Both the position numbers and the translations under genes were made by a program. From Eledone cirrhosa (Eukaryota), in assembly GCA_964016885.1 (NCBI GenBank), contig OZ024751.1, positions 930,001 to 994,000 of the forward strand: 64,000 nt of DNA, given 5' to 3'. This document shows positions 20,501-35,500 of this stretch, piece by piece. The first letter of the stretch is position 1, and each line of letters starts with the position of its first letter. The notes beneath the pieces were generated by a model that saw only the letters and a program-made list of their open reading frames with translations, was not told the origin of the DNA and made no database searches.

Positions 20501-23500
20501 TTCCCTGAGTACAGTGTGTGAGTGTAGATATGTTTATATCAACTGTACACACTTCCCTGAGTACAGTGTGTGAGTGTAGATATGTGTATACACACTTCCC
20601 TGAGTACAGTGTGTGAGTGTAGATATGTATATATCAACTATACACACTTCCCTGAGTACAGTGGGTGAGTGTAGATATGTATATATCAACTGTACACACT
20701 TCCCTGAGTACAGTGGGTGAGTGTAGATATGTATATATCAACTGTACACACTTCCCTGAGTACAGTGTGTGAGTGTAGATATGTATATATCAACTGTACA
20801 CACTTCTCCGAGTACAGTGGGTGAGTGTAGATATGTGTATATCAACTGTACACACTTCCCTGATTACAGTGTGTGAGTGTAGATATGTATATATCAACTG
20901 TACACACTTCTCGGAGTACAGTGTGTGAGTGTAGATATGTATATATCAACTGTACACACTTCTCTGAGTACAGTGTGTGAGTGTAGATATGTATATATCA
21001 ACTATACACGCTTCCCTGAGTACAGTGTGTGAGTGTAGATATGTGTATATCAACTATACACACTTCCCTGAGTACAGTGTGTGAGTGTAGATATGTATAT
21101 ATCAAGTGTACACACTTCCCTGAGTACAGTGTGTGAGTGTAGATATGTATATATCAACTGTACACACTTCCCTGAGTAGAGTGTGTGAGTGTAGATATGT
21201 ATATATAAACTATACACACTTCCCTGAGTACAGTGTGTGAGTGTAGATATGTATATATCAACTATACACACTTCCCTGAGTACAGTGTGTGAGTGTAGAT
21301 ATGTGTATATCAACTGTACACACTTCCCTGAGTACAGTGGGTGAGTGTAGATATGTATATATCAATTGTACTCACTTCCCTGAGTACAGTGGGTGAGTGT
21401 CGATATGTGTATATCAACTGTACACACTTCCCTGAGTACAGTGTGTGAGTGTAGATATGTATATATCAACTGTACACACTTCCCTGAGTACAGTGGGTGA
21501 GTGTAGATATGTGTATATCAACTGTACACACTTCCCTGAGTACAGTGTGTGAGTGTAGATATGTGTATATCAACTATACACACTTCCCTGAGTACAGTGT
21601 GTGAGTGTAGATATGTGTATACACACTTCCCTGAGTACAGTGTGTGAGTGTAGATATGTATATATCAACTATACACACTTCCCTGAGTACAGTGTCTGAG
21701 TGTAGATATGTGTATACACACTTCCCTGAGTACAGTGTGTGAGTGTAGATATGTGTATACACACTTCCCTGAGTACAGTGTGTGAGTGTAGATATGTATA
21801 TATCAACTATACACGCTTCTCTGAGTACAGTGTGTGAGTGTAGATATGTATATATCAAGTGTACACACTTCCCTTTGTACAGTGTGTGAGTGTAGTTATG
21901 TATATATCAACTGTACACACTTCCCTGAGTACAGTGGGTGAGTGTAGATATGTATATATCAACTGTACTCACTTCCCTGAGTACAGTGGGTGAGTGTCGA
22001 TATGTGTATATCAACTGTACACACTTCTCTGAGTACAGTGTGTGAGTGTAGATATGTATATATCAACTATACACGCTTCTCTGAGTACAGTGTGTGAGTG
22101 TAGATATGTATATATCAACTGTACACACTTCCCTGAGTACAGTGTGTGAGTGTAGATATGTATATATCAACTATACACACTTCCCTGAGTACAGTGTGTG
22201 AGTGTAGATATGTATATATCAACTATACACACTTCCCTGAGTACAGTGTGTGAGTGTAGATATGTATATATCAAGTGTACACACTTCCCTGAGTACAGTG
22301 TGTGAGTGTAGATATGTATATATCAAGTGTACACACTTCCTTGAGTACAGTGTGTGAGTGTAGATATGTATATATCAAGTGTACACACTTCCCTTTGTAC
22401 AGTGTGTGAGTGTAGTTATGTATATATCAACTGTACACACTTCCCTGAGTACAGTGGGTGAGTGTAGATACGTATATATCAACTGTACTCACTTCCCTGA
22501 GTACAGTGTGTGAGTGTAGATATGTATATATCAACTATACACGCTTCTCTGAGTACAGTGTGTGAGTGTAGATATGTATATATCAACTATACACGCTTCT
22601 CTGAGTACAGTGTGTGAGTGTAGATATGTATATATCAACTGTACACACTTCCCTGAGTACAGTGTGTGAGTGTAGATATGTATATATCAACTATACACAC
22701 TTCCCTGAGTACAGTGTGTGAGTGTAGATATGTATATATCAACTATACACACTTCCCTGAGTACAGTGTGTGAGTGTAGATATGTATATATCAAGTGTAC
22801 ACACTTCCCTGAGTACAGTGTGTGAGTGTAGATATGTATATATCAACTGTACACACTTCCCCGAGTAGAGTGTGTGAGTGTAGATATGTATATATCAACT
22901 ATACACACTTCCCTGAGTACAGTGTGTGAGTGTAGATATGTATATATCAACTATACACACTTCCCTGAGTACAGTGTGTGAGTGTAGATATGTGTATATC
23001 AACTGTACACACTTCCCTGAGTACAGTGGGTGAGTGTAGATATGTATATATCAATTGTACTCACTTCCCTGAGTACAGTGGGTGAGTGTCGATATGTGTA
23101 TATCAACTGTACACACTTCCCTGAGTACAGTGTGTGAGTGTAGATATGTATATATCAACTGTACACACTTCCCTGAGTACAGTGGGTGAGTGTAGATATG
23201 TGTATATCAACTGTACACACTTCCCTGAGTACAGTGTGTGAGTGTAGATATGTGTATATCAACTATACACACTTCCCTAAGTACAGTGTGTGAGTGTAGA
23301 TATGTATATATCAACTGTACACACTTCTATGAGTACAGTGGGTGAGTGTAGATATGTGTATATCAACTGTACACACTTCCCTGAGTACAGTGTGTGAGTG
23401 TAGATATGTGTATATCAACTGTACACGCTTCCCTGAGTACAGTGTGTGAGTGTAGATATGTTTATATCAACTGTACACACTTCCCTGAGTACAGTGTGTG

Positions 23501-26500
23501 AGTGTAGATATGTGTATACACACTTCCCTGAGTACAGTGTGTGAGTGTAGATATGTATATATCAACTATACACACTTCCCTGAGTATAGTGGGTGAGTGT
23601 AGATATGTATATATCAACTGTACACACTTCCCTGAGTACAGTGGGTGAGTGTAGATATGTATATATCAACTGTACACACTTCCCTGAGTACAGTGTGTGA
23701 GTGTAGATATGTATATATCAACTGTACACACTTCCCTGAGTACAGTGTGTGAGTGTAGATATGTGTATACACACTTCCCTGAGTACAGTGTGTGAGTGTA
23801 GATATGTATATATCAACTATACACACTTCCCTGAGTACAGTGGGTGAGTGTAGATATGTATATATCAACTGTACACACTTCTCTGAGTACAGTGGGTAAG
23901 TGTAGATATGTATATATCAACTGTACACACGTCCCTGAGTCCAGTGTGTGAGTGTAGATATGTGTATACACACTTCCCTGAGTACAGTGTGTGAGTGTAG
24001 ATATGTATATATCAACTGTACACACTTCTCTGAGTACAGTGTGTGAGTGTAGATATGTATATATCAACTGTACACACTTCTCTGAGTACAGTGGGTGAGT
24101 GTAGATATGTATATATCAACTATACACACTTCCCTGAGTACAGTGGGTGAGTGTAGATATGTATATATCAACTGTACACACTTCCCTGAGTACAGTGTGT
24201 GAGTGTAGATATGTATATATCAACTATACACACTTCCCTGAGTACAGTGTGTGAGTGTAGATATGTATATTTCAACTATACACACTTCCCTGAGTACAGT
24301 GTGTGAGTGTAGATATGTATATATCAACTGTACACACTTCCCTGAGTACAGTGTGTGAGTGTAGATATGTATATATCAACTGTACACACTTCCCTGAGTA
24401 CAGTGTGTGAGTGTAGATATGTATATATCAACTATACACACTTCCCTGAGTACAGTGTGTGAGTGTAGATATGTGTATATCAACTGTACACACTTCCCTG
24501 AGTACAGTGTGTGAGTGTAGATATGTGTATAACAACTGTACACACTTCCCTGAGTACAGTGTGTGAGTGTAGATATGTATATATCAACTATACACGCTTC
24601 TCTGAGTACAGTGTGTGAGTGTAGATATGTATATATCAACTATACACGCTTCTCTGAGTACAGTGTGTGAGTGTAGATATGTATATATCAACTGTACACA
24701 CTTCCCTGAGTACAGTGTGTGAGTGTAGATATGTATATATCAACTATCCACACTTCCCTGAGTACAGTGTGTGAGTGTAGATATGTATATATCAACTATA
24801 CACACTTCCCTGAGTACAGTGTGTGAGTGTAGATATGTATATATCAAGTGTACACACTTCCCTGAGTACAGTGTGTGAGTGTAGATATGTATATATCAAC
24901 TGTACACACTTCCCTGAGTAGAGTGTGTGAGTGTAGATATGTATATATCAACTATACACACTTCCCTGAGTACAGTGTGTGAGTGTAGATATGTATATAT
25001 CAACTATACACACTTCCCTGAGTACAGTGTGTGAGTGTAGATATGTGTATATCAACTGTACACACTTCCCTGAGTACAGTGGGTGAGTGTAGATATGTAT
25101 ATATCAATTGTACTCACTTCCCTGAGTACAGTGGGTGAGTGTCGATATGTGTATATCAACTGTACACACTTCCCTGAGTACAGTGTGTGAGTGTAGATAT
25201 GTATATATCAACTGTACACACTTCCCTGAGTACAGTGGGTGAGTGTAGATATGTGTATATCAACTGTACACACTTCCCTGAGTACAGTGTGTGAGTGTAG
25301 ATATGTGTATATCAACTATACACACTTCCCTAAGTACAGTGTGTGAGTGTAGATATGTATATATCAACTGTACACACTTCTCTGAGTACAGTGGGTGAGT
25401 GTAGATATGTGTATATCAACTGTACACACTTCCCTGAGTACAGTGTGTGAGTGTAGATATGTGTATATCAACTGTACACGCTTCCCTGAGTACAGTGTGT
25501 GAGTGTAGATATGTTTATATCAACTGTACACACTTCCCTGAGTACAGTGTGTGAGTGTAGATATGTGTATACACACTTCCCTGAGTACAGTGTGTGAGTG
25601 TAGATATGTATATATCAACTATACACACTTCCCTGAGTACAGTGGGTGAGTGTAGATATGTATATATCAACTGTACACACTTCCCTGAGTACAGTGGGTG
25701 AGTGTAGATATGTATATATCAACTGTACACACTTCCCTGAGTACAGTGTGTGAGTGTAGATATGTATATATCAAATGTACACACTTCTCCGAGTACAGTG
25801 GGTGAGTGTAGATATGTGTATATCAACTGTACACACTTCCCTGATTACAGTGTGTGAGTGTAGATATGTATATATCAACTGTACACACTTCTCGGAGTAC
25901 AGTGTGTGAGTGTAGATATGTATATATCAACTGTACACACTTCTCTGAGTACAGTGTGTGAGTGTAGATATGTATATATCAACTATACACGCTTCCCTGA
26001 GTACAGTGTGTGAGTGTAGATATGTGTATATCAACTATACACACTTCCCTGAGTACAGTGTGTGAGTGTAGATATGTATATATCAAGTGTACACACTTCC
26101 CTGAGTACAGTGTGTGAGTGTAGATATGTATATATCAACTGTACACACTTCCCTGAGTAGAGTGTGTGAGTGTAGATATGTATATATAAACTATACACAC
26201 TTCCCTGAGTACAGTGTGTGAGTGTAGATATGTATATATCAACTATACACACTTCCCTGAGTACAGTGTGTGAGTGTAGATATGTGTATATCAACTGTAC
26301 ACACTTCCCTGAGTACAGTGGGTGAGTGTAGATATGTATATATCAATTGTACTCACTTCCCTGAGTACAGTGGGTGAGTGTCGATATGTGTATATCAACT
26401 GTACACACTTCCCTGAGTACAGTGTGTGAGTGTAGATATGTATATATCAACTGTACACACTTCCCTGAGTACAGTGGGTGAGTGTAGATATGTGTATATC

Positions 26501-29500
26501 AACTGTACACACTTCCCTGAGTACAGTGTGTGAGTGTAGATATGTGTATATCAACTATACACACTTCCCTGAGTACAGTGTGTGAGTGTAGATATGTGTA
26601 TACACACTTCCCTGAGTACAGTGTGTGAGTGTAGATATGTATATATCAACTATACACACTTCCCTGAGTACAGTGTCTGAGTGTAGATATGTGTATACAC
26701 ACTTCCCTGAGTACAGTGTGTGAGTGTAGATATGTGTATACACACTTCCCTGAGTACAGTGTGTGAGTGTAGATATGTATATATCAACTATACACGCTTC
26801 TCTGAGTACAGTGTGTGAGTGTAGATATGTATATATCAAGTGTACACACTTCCCTTTGTACAGTGTGTGAGTGTAGTTATGTATATATCAACTGTACACA
26901 CTTCCCTGAGTACAGTGGGTGAGTGTAGATATGTATATATCAACTGTACTCACTTCCCTGAGTACAGTGGGTGAGTGTCGATATGTGTATATCAACTGTA
27001 CACACTTCTCTGAGTACAGTGTGTGAGTGTAGATATGTATATATCAACTATACACGCTTCTCTGAGTACAGTGTGTGAGTGTAGATATGTATATATCAAC
27101 TGTACACACTTCCCTGAGTACAGTGTGTGAGTGTAGATATGTATATATCAACTATACACACTTCCCTGAGTACAGTGTGTGAGTGTAGATATGTATATAT
27201 CAACTATACACACTTCCCTGAGTACAGTGTGTGAGTGTAGATATGTATATATCAAGTGTACACACTTCCCTGAGTACAGTGTGTGAGTGTAGATATGTAT
27301 ATATCAAGTGTACACACTTCCTTGAGTACAGTGTGTGAGTGTAGATATGTATATATCAAGTGTACACACTTCCCTTTGTACAGTGTGTGAGTGTAGTTAT
27401 GTATATATCAACTGTACACACTTCCCTGAGTACAGTGGGTGAGTGTAGATACGTATATATCAACTGTACTCACTTCCCTGAGTACAGTGTGTGAGTGTAG
27501 ATATGTATATATCAACTATACACGCTTCTCTGAGTACAGTGTGTGAGTGTAGATATGTATATATCAACTATACACGCTTCTCTGAGTACAGTGTGTGAGT
27601 GTAGATATGTATATATCAACTGTACACACTTCCCTGAGTACAGTGTGTGAGTGTAGATATGTATATATCAACTATACACACTTCCCTGAGTACAGTGTGT
27701 GAGTGTAGATATGTATATATCAACTATACACACTTCCCTGAGTACAGTGTGTGAGTGTAGATATTTATATATCAAGTGTACACACTTCCCTGAGTACAGT
27801 GTGTGAGTGTAGATATGTATATATCAACTGTACACACTTCCCTGAGTAGAGTGTGTGAGTGTAGATATGTATATATCAACTATACACACTTCCCTGAGTA
27901 CAGTGTGTGAGTGTAGATATGTATATATCAACTATACACACTTCCCTGAGTACAGTGTGTGAGTGTAGATATGTGTATATCAACTGTACACACTTCCCTG
28001 AGTACAGTGGGTGAGTGTAGATATGTATATATCAATTGTACTCACTTCCCTGAGTACAGTGGGTGAGTGTCGATATGTGTATATCAACTGTACACACTTC
28101 CCTGAGTACAGTGTGTGAGTGTAGATATGTATATATCAACTGTACACACTTCCCTGAGTACAGTGGGTGAGTGTAGATATGTGTATATCAACTGTACACA
28201 CTTCCCTGAGTACAGTGTGTGAGTGTAGATATGTGTATATCAACTATACACACTTCCCTAAGTACAGTGTGTGAGTGTAGATATGTATATATCAACTGTA
28301 CACACTTCTCTGAGTACAGTGGGTGAGTGTAGATATGTGTATATCAACTGTACACACTTCCCTGAGTACAGTGTGTGAGTGTAGATATGTGTATATCAAC
28401 TGTACACGCTTCCCTGAGTACAGTGTGTGAGTGTAGATATGTTTATATCAACTGTACACACTTCCCTGAGTACAGTGTGTGAGTGTAGATATGTGTATAC
28501 ACACTTCCCTGAGTACAGTGTGTGAGTGTAGATATGTATATATCAACTATACACACTTCCCTGAGTATAGTGGGTGAGTGTAGATATGTATATATCAACT
28601 GTACACACTTCCCTGAGTACAGTGGGTGAGTGTAGATATGTATATATCAACTGTACACACTTCCCTGAGTACAGTGTGTGAGTGTAGATATGTATATATC
28701 AACTGTACACACTTCTCCGAGTACAGTGGGTGAGTGTAGATATGTGTATATCAACTGTACACACTTCCCTGATTACAGTGTGTGAGTGTAGATATGTATA
28801 TATCAAATGTACACACTTCTCGGAGTACAGTGTGTGAGTGTAGATATGTATATATCAACTGTACACACTTCTCTGAGTACAGTGTGTGAGTGTAGATATG
28901 TATATATCAACTATACACACTTCCCTGAGTACAGTGTGTGAGTGTAGATATGTGTATATCAACTATACACACTTCCCTGAGTACAGTGTGTGAGTGTAGA
29001 TATGTATATATCAAGTGTACACACTTCCCTGAGTACAGTGTGTGAGTGTAGATATGTATATATCAACTGTACACACTTCCCTGAGTAGAGTGTGTGAGTG
29101 TAGATATGTATATATCAACTATACACACTTCCCTGAGTACAGTGTGTGAGTGTAGATATGTATATATCAACTATACACACTTCCCTGAGTACAGTGTGTG
29201 AGTGTAGATATGTGTATATCAACTGTACACACTTCCCTGAGTACAGTGGGTGAGTGTAGATATGTATATATCAATTGTACTCACTTCCCTGAGTACAGTG
29301 GGTGAGTGTCGATATGTGTATATCAACTGTACACACTTCCCTGAGTACAGTGTGTGAGTGTAGATATGTATATATCAACTGTACACACTTCCCTGAGTAC
29401 AGTGGGTGAGTGTAGATATGTGTATATCAACTGTACACACTTCCCTGAGTACAGTGTGTGAGTGTAGATATGTGTATATCAACTATACACACTTCCCTGA

Positions 29501-32500
29501 GTACAGTGTGTGAGTGTAGATATGTGTATATCAACAGTACACACTTCCCTGAGTACAGTGTCTGAGTGTAGATATGTGTATACACACTTCCCTGAGTACA
29601 GTGTGTGAGTGTAGATATGTATATATCAACTATACACACTTCCCTGAGTACAGTGTCTGAGTGTAGATATGTATATATCAAGTGTACACACTTCCTTGAG
29701 TACAGTGTGTGAGTGTAGATATGTATATAACAACTATACACGCTTCTCTGAGTACAGTGGGTGAGTGTAGATATGTATATATCAACTATACACACTTCCC
29801 TGAGTACAGTGTGTGAGTGTAGATATGTATATATCAAGTGTACACACTTCCTTGAGTACAGTGTGTGAGTGTAGATATGTATATATCAAGTGTACACACT
29901 TCCCTTTGTACAGTGTGTGAGTGTAGTTATGTATATATCAACTGTACACACTTCCCTGAGTACTGTAGGTGAGTGTAGATATGTGTATATCAACTGTACA
30001 CACTTCCCTGAGTACAGTGTGTGAGTGTAGATATGTATATATCAACTATACACACTTCCCTGAGTACAGTGGGTGAGTGTAGATATGTATATATCAACTG
30101 TACACACTTCCCTGAGTACAGTGTGTGAGTGTAGATATGTATATATCAACTGTACACACTTCCCTGAGTACAGTGGGTGAGTGTAGATATTTGTATATCA
30201 ACTATACACACTTTCCTGAGTACAGTGTGTGAGTGTAGATATGTGTATATCAACTATACACACTTCCCTGAGTACAGTGTGTGAGTGTAGATATGTATAT
30301 ATCAACTGTACGCACTTCCCTGAGTAGAGTGTGTGAGTGTAGATATGTATATATCAACTGTACACACTTCCCTGAGTACAGTGTGTGAGTGTAGATATGT
30401 ATATATCCACTGTACACACTTCCCTGAGTACAGTGTGTGAGTGTAGATATGTATATATCAACTATACACGCTTCTCTGAGTACAGTGTGTGAGTGTAGAT
30501 ATGTATATATCAACTGTACACACTTCCCTGAGTACAGTGTGTGAGGGTAGATATGTATATATCAACTATACACGCTTCTCTGAGTACAGTGTGTGAGTGT
30601 AGATATGTATATATCAACTATACACGCTTCCCTGAGTACAGTGTGTGAGTGTAGATATGTGTATATCAACTATACACACTTCCCTGAGTACAGTGTGTGA
30701 GTGTAGATATGTATATATCAACTATACACACTTCCCTGAGTACAGTGTGTGAGTGTAGATATGTATATATCAAGTGTACACACTTCTTTGAGTACAGTGT
30801 GTGAGTGTAGATATGTATATATCAAGTGTACACACTTCCCTGAGTACAGTGGGTGAGTGTAGATATGTGTATATCAACTGTACACACTTCCCTGAGTACA
30901 GTGTGTGAGTGTAGATATGTGTATATCAACAATACACACTTCCCTAAGTACAGTGTGTGAGTGTAGATATGTATATATCAACTGTACACACTTCTCTGAG
31001 TACAGTGGGTGAGTGTAGATATGTGTATATCAACTGTACACACTCCCCTGAGTACAATGTGTGAGTGTAGATATGTATATATCAACTGTACACACTTCTC
31101 TGAGTACAGTGGGTGAGTGTAGATATGTGTATATCAACTGTACACACTTCCCTGAGTACAGTGTGTGAGTGTAGATATGTGTATATCAACTGTACACACT
31201 TCCCTGAGTACAGTGTGTGAGTGTAGATATGTGTATACACACTTCCCTGAGTACAGTGTGTGAGTGTAGATATGTGTATATCAACTATACAGACTTCCCT
31301 AAGTACAGTGTGTGAGTGTAGATATGTATATATCAACTGTACACACTTCCCTGAGTACAGTGGGTGAGTGTAGATATGTATATATCAACTGTACACACTT
31401 CCCTGAGTACAGTGTGTGAGTGTAGATATGTATATATCAACTGTACACACTTCTCCGAGTACAGTGGGTGAGTGTAGATATGTGTATATCAACTGTACAC
31501 ACTTCCCTGATTACAGTGTGTGAGTGTAGATATGTATATATCAACTGTACACACTTCTCTGAGTACAGTGTGTGAGTGTAGATATGTATATATCAACTGT
31601 ACACACTTCCCTGAGTACAGTGTGTGAGTGTAGATACGTATATATCAACTGTACACACTTCTCTGAGTACAGTGTGTGAGTGTAGATATGTGTATATCAA
31701 CTATACACACTTCCCTGAGTACAGTGTGTGAGTGTAGATATGTATATATCAACTATACACACTTCCCTGAGTACAGTGTGTGAGTGTAGATATGTGTATA
31801 TCAACTGTACACACTTCCCTGAGTACAGTGGGTGAGTGTAGATATATATATATCAATTGTACTCACTTCCCTGAGTACAGTGGGTGAGTGTAGATATGTA
31901 TATATCAACTATACACACTTCCCTGAGTACAGTGTGTGAGTGTAGATATGTATATATCAACTATACACACTTCCCTGAGTACAGTGTGTGAGTGTAGATA
32001 TGTGTATATCAACTGTACACACTTCCCTGAGTACAGTGGGTGAGGGTAGATATATATATATCAATTGTACTCACTTCCCTGAGTACAGTGGGTGAGTGTC
32101 GATATGTGTATATCAACTGTACACACTTCCCTGAGTACAGTGTGTGAGTGTAGATATGTATATATCAACTGTACACACTTCCCTGAGTACTGTAGGTGAG
32201 TGTAGATATGTGTATATCAACTGTACACACTTCCCTGAGTACAGTGTGTGAGTGTAGATATGTGTATATCAACTATACACACTTCCCTAAGTACAGTGTG
32301 TGAGTGTAGATATGTATATATCAACTATACACACTTCCCTGAGTACAGTGTGTGAGTGTAGATATGTATATATCAACTGTACACACTTCTCTGAGTACAG
32401 TGTGTGAGTGTAGATATGTATATATCAACTGTACACACTTCTCTGAGTATAGTGGGTGAGTGTAGATATGTATATATCAACTGTACACACTTCTCTGAGT

Positions 32501-35500
32501 ACAGTGTGTGAGTGTAGATATGTATATATCAACTGTACACACTTCCCTGAGTGCAGTGTGTGAGTGTAGATATGTGTATACCAACTATACACACTTCCCT
32601 GAGTACAGTGTGTGAGTGTAGATATGTATATATCAACTGTACACACTTCTCTGAGTACAGTGTGTGAGTGTAGATATGTGTATATCAACTATACACGATT
32701 CCCTGAGTACAGTGTGTCAGTGTAGATATGTGTATATCAACTATACACACTTCCCTGAGTACAGTGGGTGAGTGTAGATATGTATATATCAACTGTACAC
32801 ACTTCCCTGAGTACAGTGCGTGAGTGTAGATATGTATATATCAACTGTACACACTTCCCTGTGTACAGTGGGTGAGTGTAGATATTTGTATATCAACTAT
32901 ACACACTTTCCTGAGTACAGTGTGTGAGTGTAGATATGTGTATATCAACTATACACACTTCCCTGAGTACAGTGTGTGAGTATAGATATGTATATATCAA
33001 CTGTACGCACTTCCCTGAGTAGAGTGTGTGAGTGTAGATATGTATATAACAACTGTACACACTTCCCTGAGTACAGTGTGTGAGTGTAGATATGTATATA
33101 TCGACTGTACACACTTCCCTGAGTACAGTGTGTGAGTGTAGATATGTATATATCAACTATACACGCTTCTCTGAGTACAGTGTGTGAGTGTAGATATGTA
33201 TATATCAACTGTACACACTTCCCTGAGTACAGTGTGTGAGTGTAGATATGTATATATCAACTATACACGCTTCTCTGAGTACAGTGTGTGAGTGTAGATA
33301 TGTATATATCAACTATACACGCTTCCCTGAGTACAGTGTGTGAGTGTAGATATGTATATATCAACTGTACACACTTCCCTGAGTACAGTGTGTGAGTGTA
33401 GATATGTATATATCAACTGTACACACTTCTCTGAGTACAGTGGGTGAGTGTAGATATGTGTATATCAACTGTACACACTTCCCTGAGTACAGTGTGTGAG
33501 TGTAGATATGTATATATCAACTGTACACACTTCTCTGAGTACAGTGGGTGAGTGTAGATATGTGTATATCAACTGTACACACTTCCCTGAGTACAGTGTG
33601 TGAGTGTAGATATGTATATATCAACTATACACGCTTCTCTGAGTACAGTGTGTGAGTGTAGATATGTATATATCAACTATACACGCTTCCCTGAGTACAG
33701 TGTGTGAGTGTAGATATGTATATATCAACTGTACACACTTCCCTGAGTACAGTGTGTGAGTGTAGATATGTATATATCAACTGTACACACTTCTCTGAGT
33801 ACAGTGGGTGAGTGTAGATATGTGTATATCAACTGTACACACTTCCCTGAGTACAGCGGGTGAGTGTAGATATGTGTATATCAACTGTACACACTTCCCT
33901 GAGTACAGTGTGTGAGTGTAGATATGTGTATATCAACTATACACACTTCCCTAAGTACAGTGTGTGAGTGTAGATATGTATATATCAACTGTACACACTT
34001 CTCTGAGTACAGTGGGTGAGTGTAGATATGTGTATATCAACTGTACACACTTCCCTGAGTACAATGTGTGAGTGTAGATATGTATATATCAACTGTACAC
34101 ACTTCTCTGAGTACAGTGGGTGAGTGTAGATATGTGTATATCAACTGTACACACTTCCCTGAGTACAGTGTGTGAGTGTAGATATGTGTATATCAACTGT
34201 ACACGCTTCCCTGAGTACAGTGTGTGAGTGTAGATATGTTTATATCAACTGTACACACTTCCCTGAGTACAGTGTGTGAGTGTAGATATGTGTATACACA
34301 CTTCCCTGAGTACAGTGTGTGAGTGTAGATATGTGTATATCAACTATACAGACTTCCCTGAGTACAGTGTGTGAGTGTAGATATGTATATATCAACTGTA
34401 CACACTTCCCTGAGTACAGTGGGTGAGTGTAGATATGTATATATCAACTGTACACACTTCCCTGAGTACAGTGTGTGAGTGTAGATATGTATATATCAAC
34501 TGTACACACTTCTCCGAGTACAGTGGGTGAGTGTAGATATGTATATATCAACTGTACACACTTCCCTGATTACAGTGTGTGAGTGTAGATATGTATATAT
34601 CAACTGTACACACTTCTCGGAGTACAGTGTGTGAGTGTAGATATGTATATATCAACTGTACACACTTCTCTGAGTACAGTGTGTGAGTGTAGATATGTAT
34701 ATATCAACTATACACGCTTCCCTGAGTACAGTGTGTGAGTGTAGATATGTGTATATCAACTATACACACTTCCCTGAGTACAGTGTGTGAGTGTAGATAT
34801 GTATATATCAAGTGTACACACTTCCCTGAGTACAGTGTGTGAGTGTAGATATGTATATATCAACTGTACACACTTCCCTGAGTAGAGTGTGTGAGTGTAG
34901 ATATGTATATATCAACTATACACACTTCCCTGAGTACAGTGTGTGAGTGTAGATATGTATATATCAACTATACACACTTCCCTGAGTACAGTGTGTGAGT
35001 GTAGATATGTATATATCAACTGTACACACTTCCCTGAGTACAGTGGGTGAGTGTAGATATGTATATATCAATTGTACTCACTTCCCTGAGTACAGTGGGT
35101 GAGTGTCGATATGTGTATATCAACTGTACACACTTCCCTGAGTACAGTGTGTGAGTGTAGATATGTATATATCAACTATACACACTTCCCTGAGTACAGT
35201 GTCTGAGTGTAGATATGTGTATACACACTTCCCTGAGTACAGTGTGTGAGTGTAGATATGTGTATACACACTTCCCTGAGTACAGTGTGTGAGTGTAGAT
35301 ATGTATATAACAACTATACACGCTTCTCTGAGTACAGTGGGTGAGTGTAGATATGTATATATCAACTATACACACTTCCCTGAGTACAGTGTGTGAGTGT
35401 AGATATGTATATATAAATGTACACACTTCCTTGAGTACAGTGTGTGAGTGTAGATATGTATATATCAAGTGTACACACTTCCCTTTGTACAGTGTGTGAG

